NCBI GenBank assembly: GCA_004431415.1
Contig: QPMI01000017.1
Location: forward strand, 186,001 to 250,000
DNA from: Cyanophora paradoxa CCMP329
Taxonomy: Eukaryota > Plantae > Glaucophyta
Direction: 5' to 3'
DNA: 64,000 bases
In this document: piece by piece, positions 53,235 through 64,000 of the stretch
How positions within the stretch are numbered: the first letter of the stretch is position 1
How the letters are laid out: every line of letters starts with the position of its first letter
Made by a program: the position numbers and the translations under genes
The notes under the pieces: model-generated
What the model saw: only the letters and a program-made list of their open reading frames with translations
The model's database searches: none
Told to the model about the DNA's origin: nothing

Positions 53235-53669
53235 ATGAATTTCATCACACAATGCATCGAAATGTTTCATTTACATTTCATATCTCACTGTAAGTCCGGA
53301 TGTTGCGACACAACCGTAGAGGTTGATATTACCGATGAAGACCATGGAGGTAGGCGCCTTTCTGTATATTCTAACCACAGCGACAATCACAACCACCCAC
53401 GATCTCGATCACCCTCGCCTGTGACCGCGGCTATGAGTTCCAATATCGAAACCTCTCAGATAGAGGATGTGCATGTAGAGCATATTAGAAGGCGCTCATG
53501 TCCCGAGTTTGTAGAAGGTCATTTGCGCGCTGACTCCCCTTATCCGATGTATAGATTGGATCAAATGACATTAGGCGACGATGAAAATGTAACGAACCCT
53601 TATGTTTATCCTCAGCAACCTTATGTATATCCTCAGCAACAAGAAAGAACCGTCTGGAATGGTTATTGA
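53235..53669 (+). CDS. Hypothetical protein
   Basis: 144-aa ORF, His/Cys-rich N-terminus, duplicated PYVYPQQ. Confidence 0.45.
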   Translation: MNFITQCIEMFHLHFISHCKSGCCDTTVEVDITDEDHGGRRLSVYSNHSDNHNHPRSRSPSPVTAAMSSNIETSQIEDVHVEHIRRRSCPEFVEGHLRADSPYPMYRLDQMTLGDDENVTNPYVYPQQPYVYPQQQERTVWNGY

Positions 53670-53793
53670 GCGGTGAATTTCGGTGGTGCTCCTATCGATC
53701 CGAGGGCAAAAATTGAAGGTTTCGGTAAAAGGTATATAAGGGCAAGGGAAATAATACAGAGTGACAAAAAACTATTTTCTCCGGTTATAGTAA

Positions 53794-54207
53794 ATGGCGA
53801 AACCCAAGATTTCAAACCAAGAGGCAATGGCGGCACAGCAAGAAAAGCGCAGACCAGGGCGACCGAAGAAGGTGATCACAGAAGAGGAGAAAGCGGAGAG
53901 ATTAAGACTAAAACGCGAGAAAGATGCAGAGCGGCAGCGAAACAAGCATCAGAGACAAAAGCAAGAGCGATTAGCCGCAGGGGAAGCGACCGTATTTACC
54001 CCGGAGCAGCTACAAAAGATCGCAATTCGTAAACAGCAGCGATACCAAGACGATGAAGAGTATCGGGAGAAAATCAGAGAAAAGGCACGCGAATACCAAC
54101 GCAGAAAAAGAGCGGAACGAAAGCTGAATCCGCCGGTGAAGCCCCAGCCGCAAAAGCCCGCTGGGAGACCCCGAAAGCATGTCGTCGAGAACGCAAAAAC
54201 TTCGTAG
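53794..54207 (+). CDS. Basic coiled-coil protein with two AT-hook-like motifs
   Basis: RRPGRPKK and PAGRPRK. Confidence 0.72.
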   Translation: MAKPKISNQEAMAAQQEKRRPGRPKKVITEEEKAERLRLKREKDAERQRNKHQRQKQERLAAGEATVFTPEQLQKIAIRKQQRYQDDEEYREKIREKAREYQRRKRAERKLNPPVKPQPQKPAGRPRKHVVENAKTS

Positions 54208-54376
54208 CGGAAAGTATCCGCACGATGCAAAAAATGACTCATTTTTTACCTCCCTTTTTATTCCCCGTATCGGTCAAAAAAGCACTTAAAGAATTGGCGA
54301 CAAGGGTATGAAAAGGAGAATTTGGTAGATTGCGTCGAAATTATTTTCTCCGGTTATTTTAAAAGAACTAATAGAG

Positions 54377-57300
54377 ATGCCGCGCGCAACCAACAGAATC
54401 GCTAACAATGTTCGGGATGAAATTATCGGATACATTATGCAGGGATTGAGTCAGGATTTGCTAACCGAAGAACAGGCGCATTGGGCGATGCACAACACAA
54501 TGAATCGGAAGCCCAAGCTCCAAACGCTGATCGACATTCGGGATACTCTGAATGGCATCATTAATCCCCGCGTTTTCCGCAGGGCAGAGCGGAAAGAAAA
54601 GCGCGCCGCTCGCACCCAAGTTAATATAGAAAAGCAAAAGCAAAAAGAACAAGAGGCGAAGCGTTTACAGCGCTTCGATCGCAAACGAGAACAGAAACGG
54701 GCGAAAGAAGCGAAACTCGAAGCGAAGCAGCAGAGAGGTAAACTAAAAGCGGTAGAGGATGCGATTAAACGCACTATTCTCGATCCAATCGCCGCATACG
54801 ATCCGGAAACTCTCGCAACAATTACGTTCAAGCTATGGGGACCTGGATCCGGTGCTCGGTCGTCGGAGGTAATTGTTATTCCCGGAATTCCCGAATTAAA
54901 TATACCAGACAGAACCTTTGTCACCTACCAGAATATAAGAGAGACAGTTTCGGTGAGGGTGTTGCGAAACTTTGCTCTGGCAAAAATCGATAGAGTGTAT
55001 GGAATTCTCACCGCTCAAAATCGTTATTATTCGGAAGAGAGAGATTCAATCTTCGATTTACTCGAAAACTACGATGAATTGAAGATTCGTCTGGGAACTT
55101 TCGGACAAGCATACGAGATGTTCTTCTTTAAGACACCACCAACCGAGGAACAGAAAAAACTACGCAAAGGTTTCGATGATTTTGGCGGCAGTGTCGATGA
55201 TGCCTTTATAACTGTTCATGAGGTCGTGATCGATGGGGACGAAGGTGTCGAAGATGACGGAGCCGGTGCTATCCCTGGCAATCGCTATGCGTTTCTGGAT
55301 GAGGAGCTAATGGACAGTATGCGATGCACCGCGATTATGAGCAAATTCACAGACTACACATTAAATCCAAACGCGTCTGAGTTCGAAGATGTTATTGAGC
55401 TTCCCAAATCATCTACATCTAACGCTTGCGGATACGATATGATCATCTCCACATGGGGAGCGTCCATTAAGAAGTGTCAGGACGCGCCAAAACCGCGATA
55501 TACTGACTTAACTATGTCCTACGACGGTCTCTATAAATTCTTTCACGGTCGCGAACGCACACCTGGCGACTCTCTGGCTCTCACCCTCCGCCATATCGAG
55601 AAATTCTGTAAGAGAATTCAGACAGGCTTCCGCGTCTTTGATGTCGACGGAAAGTTAATACACAAATTCGCGGCGGAATCAATTAACAAAAACATCTTTC
55701 CCCGCAATATTCACTTTATGATTCACAACAAGCACATCTATATATTCAACGATAACATCAAGTCGCTCGAAATGCGCATGGCAAAGATGGAGGTCGAAGA
55801 GCTCGATAATCATGTTCCTAAGTCGAACTCTTCGTTAGCACTCTATAAAATTCCGACGTGTCTTACTCACGATATCTTCGCGCACACATCCAAGGATTTG
55901 TTAAAGATCACGCAACTTAAACTATCGCCCGACGAGCGCAGTTTCATCCGCATTCTTTATACTGGGCGCGAAGGTCTGGAAGGTCTTCTATTTACGTTCC
56001 TGAAAATGCGATATGAGCCCGCTGTGAAGCTAACACCATCGAAACAGATCGACAGCATCACATTCAAAGCCAATGGCTCGATGTTCTCTATCAAAGATCC
56101 ACGCACAACAGACCACTTTATTGAGCAAGATTTCGAAACAGAGGAGTATTATAATAAGGTCTGTGAAATCGGGAAGGGATTCCGGGAGTCGCTTCTAAAT
56201 GCGACGAATATCTCACATTACAGCCCGAACATGCGCGAAATTCTCACGCACTACAAGCGATCCGCACTAAGCGGCTTTTTCTATAAGCCGAACCCGAAAG
56301 CCACCTACACAGCTGTCGATATGGCGAAGTGCTACCCTTCGATACTGAAAGGCATGCAATATCTTCCGAAATACAATGTGTTTGATGACTTCGTTCCCTT
56401 TAAAGCGGGAAGCGATATTCTCGAATACGCGATCTACTACGTGCGTGTCGTTGCGTTTGAGAGAGAGCAAGCGACTTTCGCCGACGATGAGGATGTAGAT
56501 TATGATGCCGCCATGTCTCGCAAGATTGATGGAATCGAAATTATTCTGGATCGCGCATTTTCCGTGAGTGGTCGCTGTTATAATTTCATGACAGGCTACA
56601 CTCTCTCCATGCATTGGGCGGACGTAAAGGACAAGATAGAGATTATCGCGGTCGCGGAGCCTTCGCATTTGGTGCCCAATACGTCGATCGCTGAGATGCA
56701 AAAAGTGCTGTCAAGCGACATTCAAACCACAGATAAGAAGCATATTTTAGTGAAAGAGATCGGAATGCTCGGCAAATTCCAAGACTCGCAAACATCCACG
56801 AAAATGTTCTACAACCGTGCCGAGGCTGAGAGGTTCGCCCAAGAATGCGGAGGAACAGTAGAGGTGTTTACTTTCAATCCTAAGAATTCGAAACGTGTCA
56901 AAACTCTTAGCGAATTCGAAGGTCACATCTATTTCGTTAAGATCAGCTCCCACCGCGAGCTCGTTAACGGATTCCTTCCTATCCACTTTCATATTTACGA
57001 TCGCAACCGTGCTAATATGTTTGCGCAATACAAGCGCCTGACAGCGCGCGGGCACAAGGTTGCCGGGATCAGAACGGATTGCCTATATATCGAAGGTTCA
57101 TGGACAAGTAAGAAAGAGTTCGACCGAAATGCGTTTGAGAACATGGGCAAATTCAGCTATATTCCCGGGAAAAGATGCCCTGAGAATGCACTCCGCCCAC
57201 CACGGGGTGTAACTCTCGAATTTCAGGATCCCGAGACACTCATTAACCGGTTCTCGCTGAGGGACGAATTTAATCCGGAGTGCTTTAATTGGGTTGCGGA

Positions 57301-57395
57301 GCTCCATAATCGTATGCTTGTCCTTGCTGACATGCCCGGAAGTGGAAAGTCGACCCTCGGTATTAATTGCTTTGCCTCTCAAAAGTCAAATTGCT
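54377..57395 (+). pseudogene. PolB-like/helicase fusion protein of element C, truncated by A copy 2 just after Walker A
   Basis: AVDMAKCYPSIL (motif A), KHILVKEIGMLGK (motif B), GIRTDCLY (motif C), then ADMPGSGKST; stop codon created at the A junction. Confidence 0.8.
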
Positions 57396-57570
57396 AAAAA
57401 AATGTAAATTGGGCATACTGCCCCACGAAATTATATATGGTAATAAAATCGAATAAACTTTAAACTTTTCGATATTCCACAAACGTTTCGACAAAACCAA
57501 ATCAAAAACAAACCATTCACAGTAACCACACAAAACAAAACGTAAAATCTCAGTAAGCCTCAGTAACAAC
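57396..57570 (+). repeat. Left TIR of A copy 2
   Basis: Same sequence as 648-822. Confidence 0.95.
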
Positions 57571-58422
57571 TTAAAACCTCTCATTTTTTACTGTATTTTT
57601 TGAACGCTTTTTTACTGTATTTTCTACACTAGAAATGACGATAGAAACGACAATAAAAACAATAGAATTTAAATTGTTTTTTAATCGTATATATGTCAAT
57701 ATATCAATGTAGTATATATGATATATATCATGCAAAATCGATTTATAGTCATACCTATAACATATCGATTTGTGTATATGTGATATATATATATATGACG
57801 TCATAATGACGATACATATGTATATGATATATATGACATACCACGTGACTCGGGAGATCATGACGATCACGGCGATGTGTTCATTATCATATGCATGACT
57901 TGGACCAATCAGCTATCGATGACTCTTCTGTGGCTCACAGGTGGCTCATCGATAGATCAATGGGTCTTATCACATCATCGGTGGCTCATCGATAGATCAA
58001 TAGGTCTTATCATATCATAGGTGGCTCATCGATGGATCAATGGGTCATACAACATTATCGATCTCGGATCGATAGATGAATGGTTCAATATTTATCAATG
58101 GTTGAGTTTCGTAGTATATACTCGTAGTATAAACTTGTAGTATAATTCCATAGTATAAATCCATAGTATATACTCGTAGTTGATACTCGTCGTAGAAACC
58201 CCGGGAATAACTTGAACCGGGGTATATATTTGTTCGACATTTCGTCGAAATTTCGGTAAATCGATTATCGGCATCTTCAAACGCTTGTATCTCACCACCA
58301 GATGGTCAACTCGCAACGTTTTGCATAGCGTTTTGAAGCGCTTGTTAAGCTCTACACAACTACGTAATCATCGTATTATTTCAAGCTACCTTGTCATACA
58401 ATATTTCTCACAAATCGTCCTT

Positions 58423-59181
58423 TCACACACTGATTGTGGTCATTTCTCGTTGGATCCGAGCCATCTGACCCCTTTTAATTGCTTTTCTCTTCACAAATTT
58501 CTTAAAGCCCTTCATATCATCATCAGTTAGTACTGCTCTATCAGTATAGGTCTTGATATCATAACCTTGCAGGCTCGCTATGACAGTTTGATAATTATAG
58601 CCCCATAGTCTATGCAATTCCTTGTAGGTCTTCTTATCCATTCCACCATTGTACTCATCAAAGGCGCAATTGAACTCTTTTTCGTTCCCAAGAATATTGA
58701 AAAAGACTACGAACTCAACATTTCGACGAATCGTAGTAGAAATAGAGCATAAACGCTGAACATTAAATATTACCGAGATTGAATAATGTCTTCCACTCGT
58801 GACCAATTTAGATAACACAGCCGAATTGTGCATATCCAAATTTGAACCTATCATGTCATCGAGTATGATAACTAGGTTATTTCGCTTTTCGTTATTCTCA
58901 ATTCGTTTCTTTTGCATACTGATCAATCTCAAAACAATGTTATCATCCCACTCTTCATAGATGTTATCGGGATGGGTGATGTCATTGAATTGTCCAGTAA
59001 AAGCTGTTGAACTAAATATAACGATTTGATCGATCTTGTCACGAAGCTCGTAAAGTAAGTATTTTGTGAACATTGTCTTACCTGTATTGGAGCGACCAAC
59101 ATTCAAAATTCTTGTCGGGATTCGAACCGTCTTACTCGGATCGAACTCCGGAATATCATCAAGATTTACTGTGTTATCCAT
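58423..59181 (-). CDS. Packaging ATPase (A copy 2)
   Basis: Same translation as 1674-2432. Confidence 0.92.
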   Translation of the reverse strand: MDNTVNLDDIPEFDPSKTVRIPTRILNVGRSNTGKTMFTKYLLYELRDKIDQIVIFSSTAFTGQFNDITHPDNIYEEWDDNIVLRLISMQKKRIENNEKRNNLVIILDDMIGSNLDMHNSAVLSKLVTSGRHYSISVIFNVQRLCSISTTIRRNVEFVVFFNILGNEKEFNCAFDEYNGGMDKKTYKELHRLWGYNYQTVIASLQGYDIKTYTDRAVLTDDDMKGFKKFVKRKAIKRGQMARIQREMTTISV

Positions 59182-59261
59182 TACAGTAATAAGATAAAAA
59201 ACAAAATAAAGTACACACCTACAAATAATTGCGCTTCCTACACTAACAAAAGAAAAGAACT

Positions 59262-60488
59262 TTAGAAGTTCGAGACTTTCAGGGTAGAGATGTTGTAGCC
59301 ATTAAGTACCATAACATTGTGTCGGAGGGCATAGATATCAACCTGAACAGGAGCGGCATCAGTGCATCCGGAAACAGTGAGATCCATGTAACTCGAGCTG
59401 CTGTTGAAGAAATCCTGGTAACCCATAACCGAGTTCCGAAGCGAATCTTTTCCAGACTTGGAAAGAACAATTCCGTAAACATTTCCAGACTCGAATCCGT
59501 ACGTGGTATTGCCCACAGTAACACCCTTGTAGTGAGAAGGAATGTGATTGACAGCAGAGAGGAAACCGGAAATGGGTTTGTTAGATATATCCAGGGAGCG
59601 ATTGTTGTGGAAGATCTGGAACTGATCAATCTTAACAGCAGATTCATGACCGCAGAAATCCGAGTGAGTGTAGGTGTTAAGTTTGTTCACCTCTCGAACA
59701 GTCATCAGAATCGAGTGAACCAGACCAGAAACATTAGCGAGTGTAACCTCAACAGATTCACCAGCATCAGCGGTTTTGAGCGCTCGGGTCTTCTTGTGAA
59801 TGACCTCTGTGATCGGGATGCGAATGCCACCTTGTTCGTTCGCCATTTTAAGGAGTGTCTCAGCCTCAGCCGAAGCAATGTTTACGAATTGGCAGATCAG
59901 AGAGCAATCCGCAAAGGTTACAGATCCACCAGCCGGAACTTGGACAATCGCAGCATCACGGAAATCAACCTCGATTGTTGGCATATCGGCTAGCGTACAT
60001 AATGGGAAATAAGCTTCTTCCCAGAAAGCAGCGGGGATTCTAACGATGTATTCCATTGCTTCATCTGTGCTTTCACGATCTGTCTCTTTGAAGTAACCGA
60101 GAGAAGCATACATGCTGCTCATGGTAGCGTGATCATTATCGACCAGGGCGTTTACAGTGATCCAATCACCAGGGATAATATACTTGAAACCACCATGAAC
60201 GAAACGGACCTCATTAATAAAAGAAGAACCACCATTGGGGAGGGTGCAGGCTACACCACCACCAGTGGCAATCTTGAAATAGAGCGAAACACCAGCAAGG
60301 AGTTGCTTGCGAGGTAGATCAAAGTAAGCGGTATTCTTAAAGCCAAAAGTATTGCCTCGGGGGCGAACTTGCTCGAGGAATGGTTTGTACTTGGGGTTGG
60401 TTCCGATTTGGAGACCAGGGGATAGATAAATTTGATCGGAACCGGGAGTTACGAGGAGTTCCTTAAGGGTAGTTCCAGTGAGTGCCAT
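59262..60488 (-). CDS. Major capsid protein (A copy 2, intact 408 aa)
   Basis: Intact ORF, end-to-end homologue of B's MCP. Confidence 0.88.
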   Translation of the reverse strand: MALTGTTLKELLVTPGSDQIYLSPGLQIGTNPKYKPFLEQVRPRGNTFGFKNTAYFDLPRKQLLAGVSLYFKIATGGGVACTLPNGGSSFINEVRFVHGGFKYIIPGDWITVNALVDNDHATMSSMYASLGYFKETDRESTDEAMEYIVRIPAAFWEEAYFPLCTLADMPTIEVDFRDAAIVQVPAGGSVTFADCSLICQFVNIASAEAETLLKMANEQGGIRIPITEVIHKKTRALKTADAGESVEVTLANVSGLVHSILMTVREVNKLNTYTHSDFCGHESAVKIDQFQIFHNNRSLDISNKPISGFLSAVNHIPSHYKGVTVGNTTYGFESGNVYGIVLSKSGKDSLRNSVMGYQDFFNSSSSYMDLTVSGCTDAAPVQVDIYALRHNVMVLNGYNISTLKVSNF

Positions 60489-60540
60489 CTCTTATGTTTA
60501 AAATACCAAAAGAAATTTTTAAAATGCTTTATTAAACAGA

Positions 60541-61428
60541 ATGACGCGTTACTATCTCAATATTGATTCCAGGGACCGATCGGATGGAACCCCAACTAAT
60601 TTCACATACAGACTCCCTTATGCGATCCAAAAGGTCAGAGCCTGTCGAGTAACGAACTTTGAGATGTTTCACAATCTTTACAACCTCTCTGAAGTAGGAA
60701 CCCTCACCACACAAACACTCGATAATGCTGGGAACCCAAAGAATAGAAACAACGAAGTCCTCCGAGGTGCATATACACCGGATTCACTGGTGAATTATCT
60801 GATCGCTCGCATTGGATCCCAGCCCTATAATCAAGCGGGTGGCGGAACTTACACTCGCCATTTCTATGTAACCTATGATCCCACAACATTGCTTCTAAGG
60901 TTCATGTGTGAGGTTCCATTCTCAATCACTATGAACACTCAACTCTTAGCCAATTTCTGTGGTTTTGAAAATGCTAACACACTGTACCAATCGAGTCCTC
61001 TATCATCTAATGTCACAGTTGGAGCCTTTACTTATGCTCACTACATTGATAGTGAAATGCCATTAGATCTACTATTTAATTCCTATTTGCTTCTTCATGT
61101 TGATCCACTGAAAGGAAGATATGTGAGCAATAACAAACGAGATAACAATGCTATCGCGAAAATTGAGATTGACCAAACGGTTGGCAGTCTATTAAAATAT
61201 GATTCATCGAATAATTCCATGATCGTTCACGAGCAGAATGGCTTGGTTGAGGTTGAGACTCTAGATGTGAGACTTTCTTACTGGAATGGAGCCACAGCAG
61301 ACATTACTACCGACTGGTCGATGACTCTTGAACTGATTACTGAAGATGATAAAGATCTGACGAAAAAAGCATTGAAGAATGTCATAAAAGAGTTGGAGGG
61401 ACTCTACCTGCCGTTCTCACGGTCATAG
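60541..61428 (+). CDS. Minor capsid protein (A copy 2)
   Basis: Same translation as 3788-4675. Confidence 0.8.
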   Translation: MTRYYLNIDSRDRSDGTPTNFTYRLPYAIQKVRACRVTNFEMFHNLYNLSEVGTLTTQTLDNAGNPKNRNNEVLRGAYTPDSLVNYLIARIGSQPYNQAGGGTYTRHFYVTYDPTTLLLRFMCEVPFSITMNTQLLANFCGFENANTLYQSSPLSSNVTVGAFTYAHYIDSEMPLDLLFNSYLLLHVDPLKGRYVSNNKRDNNAIAKIEIDQTVGSLLKYDSSNNSMIVHEQNGLVEVETLDVRLSYWNGATADITTDWSMTLELITEDDKDLTKKALKNVIKELEGLYLPFSRS

Positions 61429-61464
61429 GAAATACTGTAGAATAAATTTGTTTCAATATTACAA

Positions 61465-62226
61465 ATGGCTCGCAAGACTCAACCCAAGAATTTCTTAGCC
61501 AAACCAGCCGCTGAAGCGGATGTTGGCAATGGTGAGAATGGAAGGAACTGGTATAAGAAATCGAAAGGACTCGCTGCATACGGAACTGGTGACCTCGAAA
61601 AGGAAGTCCATAAAGAACGAAACCAATTCACCCAAGCCACTACGAAAAACAGTAATGATGATAATGCCCTTGTTGACCAAGTCCCACTGAACCGCATGCC
61701 CGGAGCCAAACGAGGAATCAAGAAAGGACAGTTCAAATCATCCACAAAGGACAAGGTTGCCTCATCATCGACACTGCTGAAACTGCTTGATGGTGGTGAG
61801 CGACTCTACTCAACCTATTCCGAGAAAGACCATCGCAACCGCTACTTTATTCGTTCAACCACTGGTGGACTGAAATCTGTAACATATCAGTATGCTAAGA
61901 GTCTTGTTGATGGTATTGCAGCAGAGACCAAAAACGAAAACAAGATCAAGGAACAGCCAATCACAAAGGAAAAGGTTGAGAAGAAACCAGAAGTAACCCA
62001 TGAAGTTATTCCCGAACCTGTTCATGTGGCAAAAGACTCACCTACAGAATTGATTGCAAAGACCATTGAGTATCAAGACTCCAACAAAACGGATTTGCCG
62101 GTTCTCAATAAGTCGATCCTTCGGGTTGCCACTTCGCAGGCTGATCCAGTCAACTCGATTCCAAATGCTGCCCCAATGGTCTCTGGATTCGCCAAGCTTG
62201 GTATAAGACCCGGTTATCGCCGTTAA
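61465..62226 (+). CDS. Conserved Lys-rich hypothetical protein (A copy 2)
   Basis: Same translation as 4712-5473. Confidence 0.75.
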   Translation: MARKTQPKNFLAKPAAEADVGNGENGRNWYKKSKGLAAYGTGDLEKEVHKERNQFTQATTKNSNDDNALVDQVPLNRMPGAKRGIKKGQFKSSTKDKVASSSTLLKLLDGGERLYSTYSEKDHRNRYFIRSTTGGLKSVTYQYAKSLVDGIAAETKNENKIKEQPITKEKVEKKPEVTHEVIPEPVHVAKDSPTELIAKTIEYQDSNKTDLPVLNKSILRVATSQADPVNSIPNAAPMVSGFAKLGIRPGYRR

Positions 62227-62579
62227 GGATCAATCTGAATAATATAATTTCTCAAACATTGTTAGCGCTACGTAACCAATCCTATCCCGTAGGCTCAAAA
62301 CTTCTTCATTTTTATGGAGGCGTTGTAGAGCGAAGTGAAATATCCATAGGTAAATCACTTTAATCACCTGTTCTACCGGGTTCAGTGGTAGAAACTTGCA
62401 GCCGACAAGTGAACCTTCTGGGTATCGGTAGCTTTATCATTTTTCCAGCATCTTCTTTCGTACTGGATGCTCTGCAATCGGGACCAAAAATTGATTGGGT
62501 TCTCACAAAGAATATATACACGACATAAAAACTACTTAAAGATTTCTTAACATATATTAAGAGAGTAGAAAGGACAAGA

Positions 62580-62843
62580 ATGACGATCACAGAAGCCCAA
62601 AAGAAAGCAACTTACCGCTACCGTAAAACAGAAAAGGGTATGTTAGCGCTTGCTAGGATTAATGAGAAACGCAATGCAAAATGGAACGAACTCTACAACA
62701 ATGATGAAGAATTCAGACAAGCTCACATAATGACTTCATGCAAGGCTCAATATGTAAATAACACCATTCTCTATGTAAAGTATCTATTTGACGTTCCTCG
62801 TACCAACCGCGGACGTCCATCAAAGTATGTTAATGCTTGTTAA
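62580..62843 (+). CDS. Small basic AT-hook-like protein (A copy 2)
   Basis: Same translation as 5827-6090. Confidence 0.65.
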   Translation: MTITEAQKKATYRYRKTEKGMLALARINEKRNAKWNELYNNDEEFRQAHIMTSCKAQYVNNTILYVKYLFDVPRTNRGRPSKYVNAC

Positions 62844-63075
62844 TCGTTTTTCTCAGCGCGATTGCTCTGAGAACCCGCGGAAACCGCGCTGGAAGCAAAA
62901 CTATAAATCTTTCTGTTATTTTTAGAGTTCGATGATCGAGCCAACCCTTTGTTATTTTTATAAATGCCCTCGACTGAATTTATTTTGTTGGAGACTTTTG
63001 GTTTTGCCGGTAAAATTTGACGCGAGTATAAAATGACTTAAGGAAATAAAATATAGAGTATATATAAAAGTGAAA

Positions 63076-64000
63076 ATGCCTCGCGCAGTAAGTATTCAGA
63101 ATGCTAGAAAGAGACAAGGAATGCTAGCAAAGCTTGGTTACCTTCTTGGTGTCGGAATCATAAATGAAGAGCAATTTAACGCATTGGGTTACTTTGCCTT
63201 CATTAAGAGACTTCGATCTGCTGGTCTGAAGGACATAAGCGATACAATTGATGGTATTATTGCCAGGGGTGAGGGCAGACTGAATGAGCAGGATGAAATC
63301 GAGAGATTTGGTAACGTTGAGGTTATTGAAGGTGGAAATAAGAAGACCAAAGCAGAGCGGATCGCTGAAAAACGAGACAAGAGAGCTGAAAGGAAGCAGC
63401 AGAAGAAGCAGAAGAAAGCAGGGAGAACCGCTAAGAATGTTGAGAAGCAGAAGGTTAGAGAAAGAATAGCAAAGGAGGCAAAACAGCAGAGAGAGGATGA
63501 GAAGAAGCAACGAGAGGAGGCAGAGGTGATGCAGGCTATGAATAGTCTTGTAAGTGAGGTCACTTGGAGGAACCAGACCAAAGATAACATCGCTTCTGCC
63601 CATGAGTTTATTGATAGGGTTGTTCGTTGGGATCCCTTTTACAATCGTTTTCGAGATGCTCTTCGTAACAGACGAGGTATTAAGTATAACCTCTACAGCA
63701 TGGCGAGATATGTGAAAGTGGCAACTGGAGAAATAAGAACCATGCAATGGACCACCCCATTCTACCTTCTTGTCAATGATCAAGAGATTGTTGATACTGT
63801 TGATGAATCAATTGATGCATTGCAGGAGGTTCTCACTTCACCTGATAGTTGGAAGCTAGAAAACATCTTAACAGTTCGCTTGCAGATTCTTACTTATCAG
63901 CCACTCGCAGGTAGCTCCTATATTGACCTCCACCAGGAATAAAAAAGCGTAAAGCTGTGATTAATCCACAGAACAAAGATAATAAATGTTTCGCATGGGC
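63076..64000 (+). CDS. pPolB N-terminal part (A copy 2); 1-nt C deletion at ~63930
   Basis: In frame through the site that is frameshifted in copy 1; GACCTCCACC vs GACCTCCCACC in copy 1. Confidence 0.88.

Larger units (their letters stand above)
37226..57395. mobile_element. Element C: larger Polinton-like virus (>20 kb; right part beyond A copy 2 and outside window); left boundary approximate
   Basis: Abrupt GC-to-AT switch at ~37.23 kb, intronless compact genes, MCP and ATPase homologous to those of A/B, two pentons, PolB-like-helicase fusion. Confidence 0.88.
57396..64000 (+). mobile_element. Element A copy 2 (left 6.6 kb, runs off window)
   Basis: Begins with the same TIR; ORF translations match copy 1; predicted TSD ATTGCT (57390-57395). 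Confidence 0.95.

Noticed and set aside
37226-57395. Bacteriophage/prophage contamination suggested by tail-fibre genes
   Set aside because: Linked to PLV-type MCP, pentons and A32-like ATPase homologous to A/B; no terminase, portal or tail-tube genes.

Overview
Eukaryotic (protist/algal) genomic window in which a GC-rich, intron-dense host segment (~17.9-37.2 kb) is flanked by three related endogenous Polinton-like/Maverick-type dsDNA viruses. Element A (647-12025, complete, ~11.4 kb, 175-bp TIRs, 6-bp TSD CTTCGC; ATPase, MCP, minor capsid, pPolB, rve integrase) is inserted inside a sister element B (<1-~17914). A second, essentially identical copy of A (57396->64000) is inserted inside the polymerase-helicase gene of a third, larger element C (~37226->57395). 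C carries an unusual entry/attachment module: three fibre genes with phage-type HxH repeats, H-type-lectin-like and C1q heads, a TM-anchored fibre, a patatin-discoidin fusion and two pentons. B appears to interrupt a host BTB gene and C a host RNF213-like gene. Host genes (TRM11, NAD-dependent epimerase, cyanobacterial-type HemD with an N-terminal-Phe transit peptide, organellar TsaD, RING-Ubl protein) have ~50-70-nt introns, a large fraction with GC donors. The host may be a glaucophyte-like primary alga (inference). Family assignments come from motif recognition only; no searches were run.
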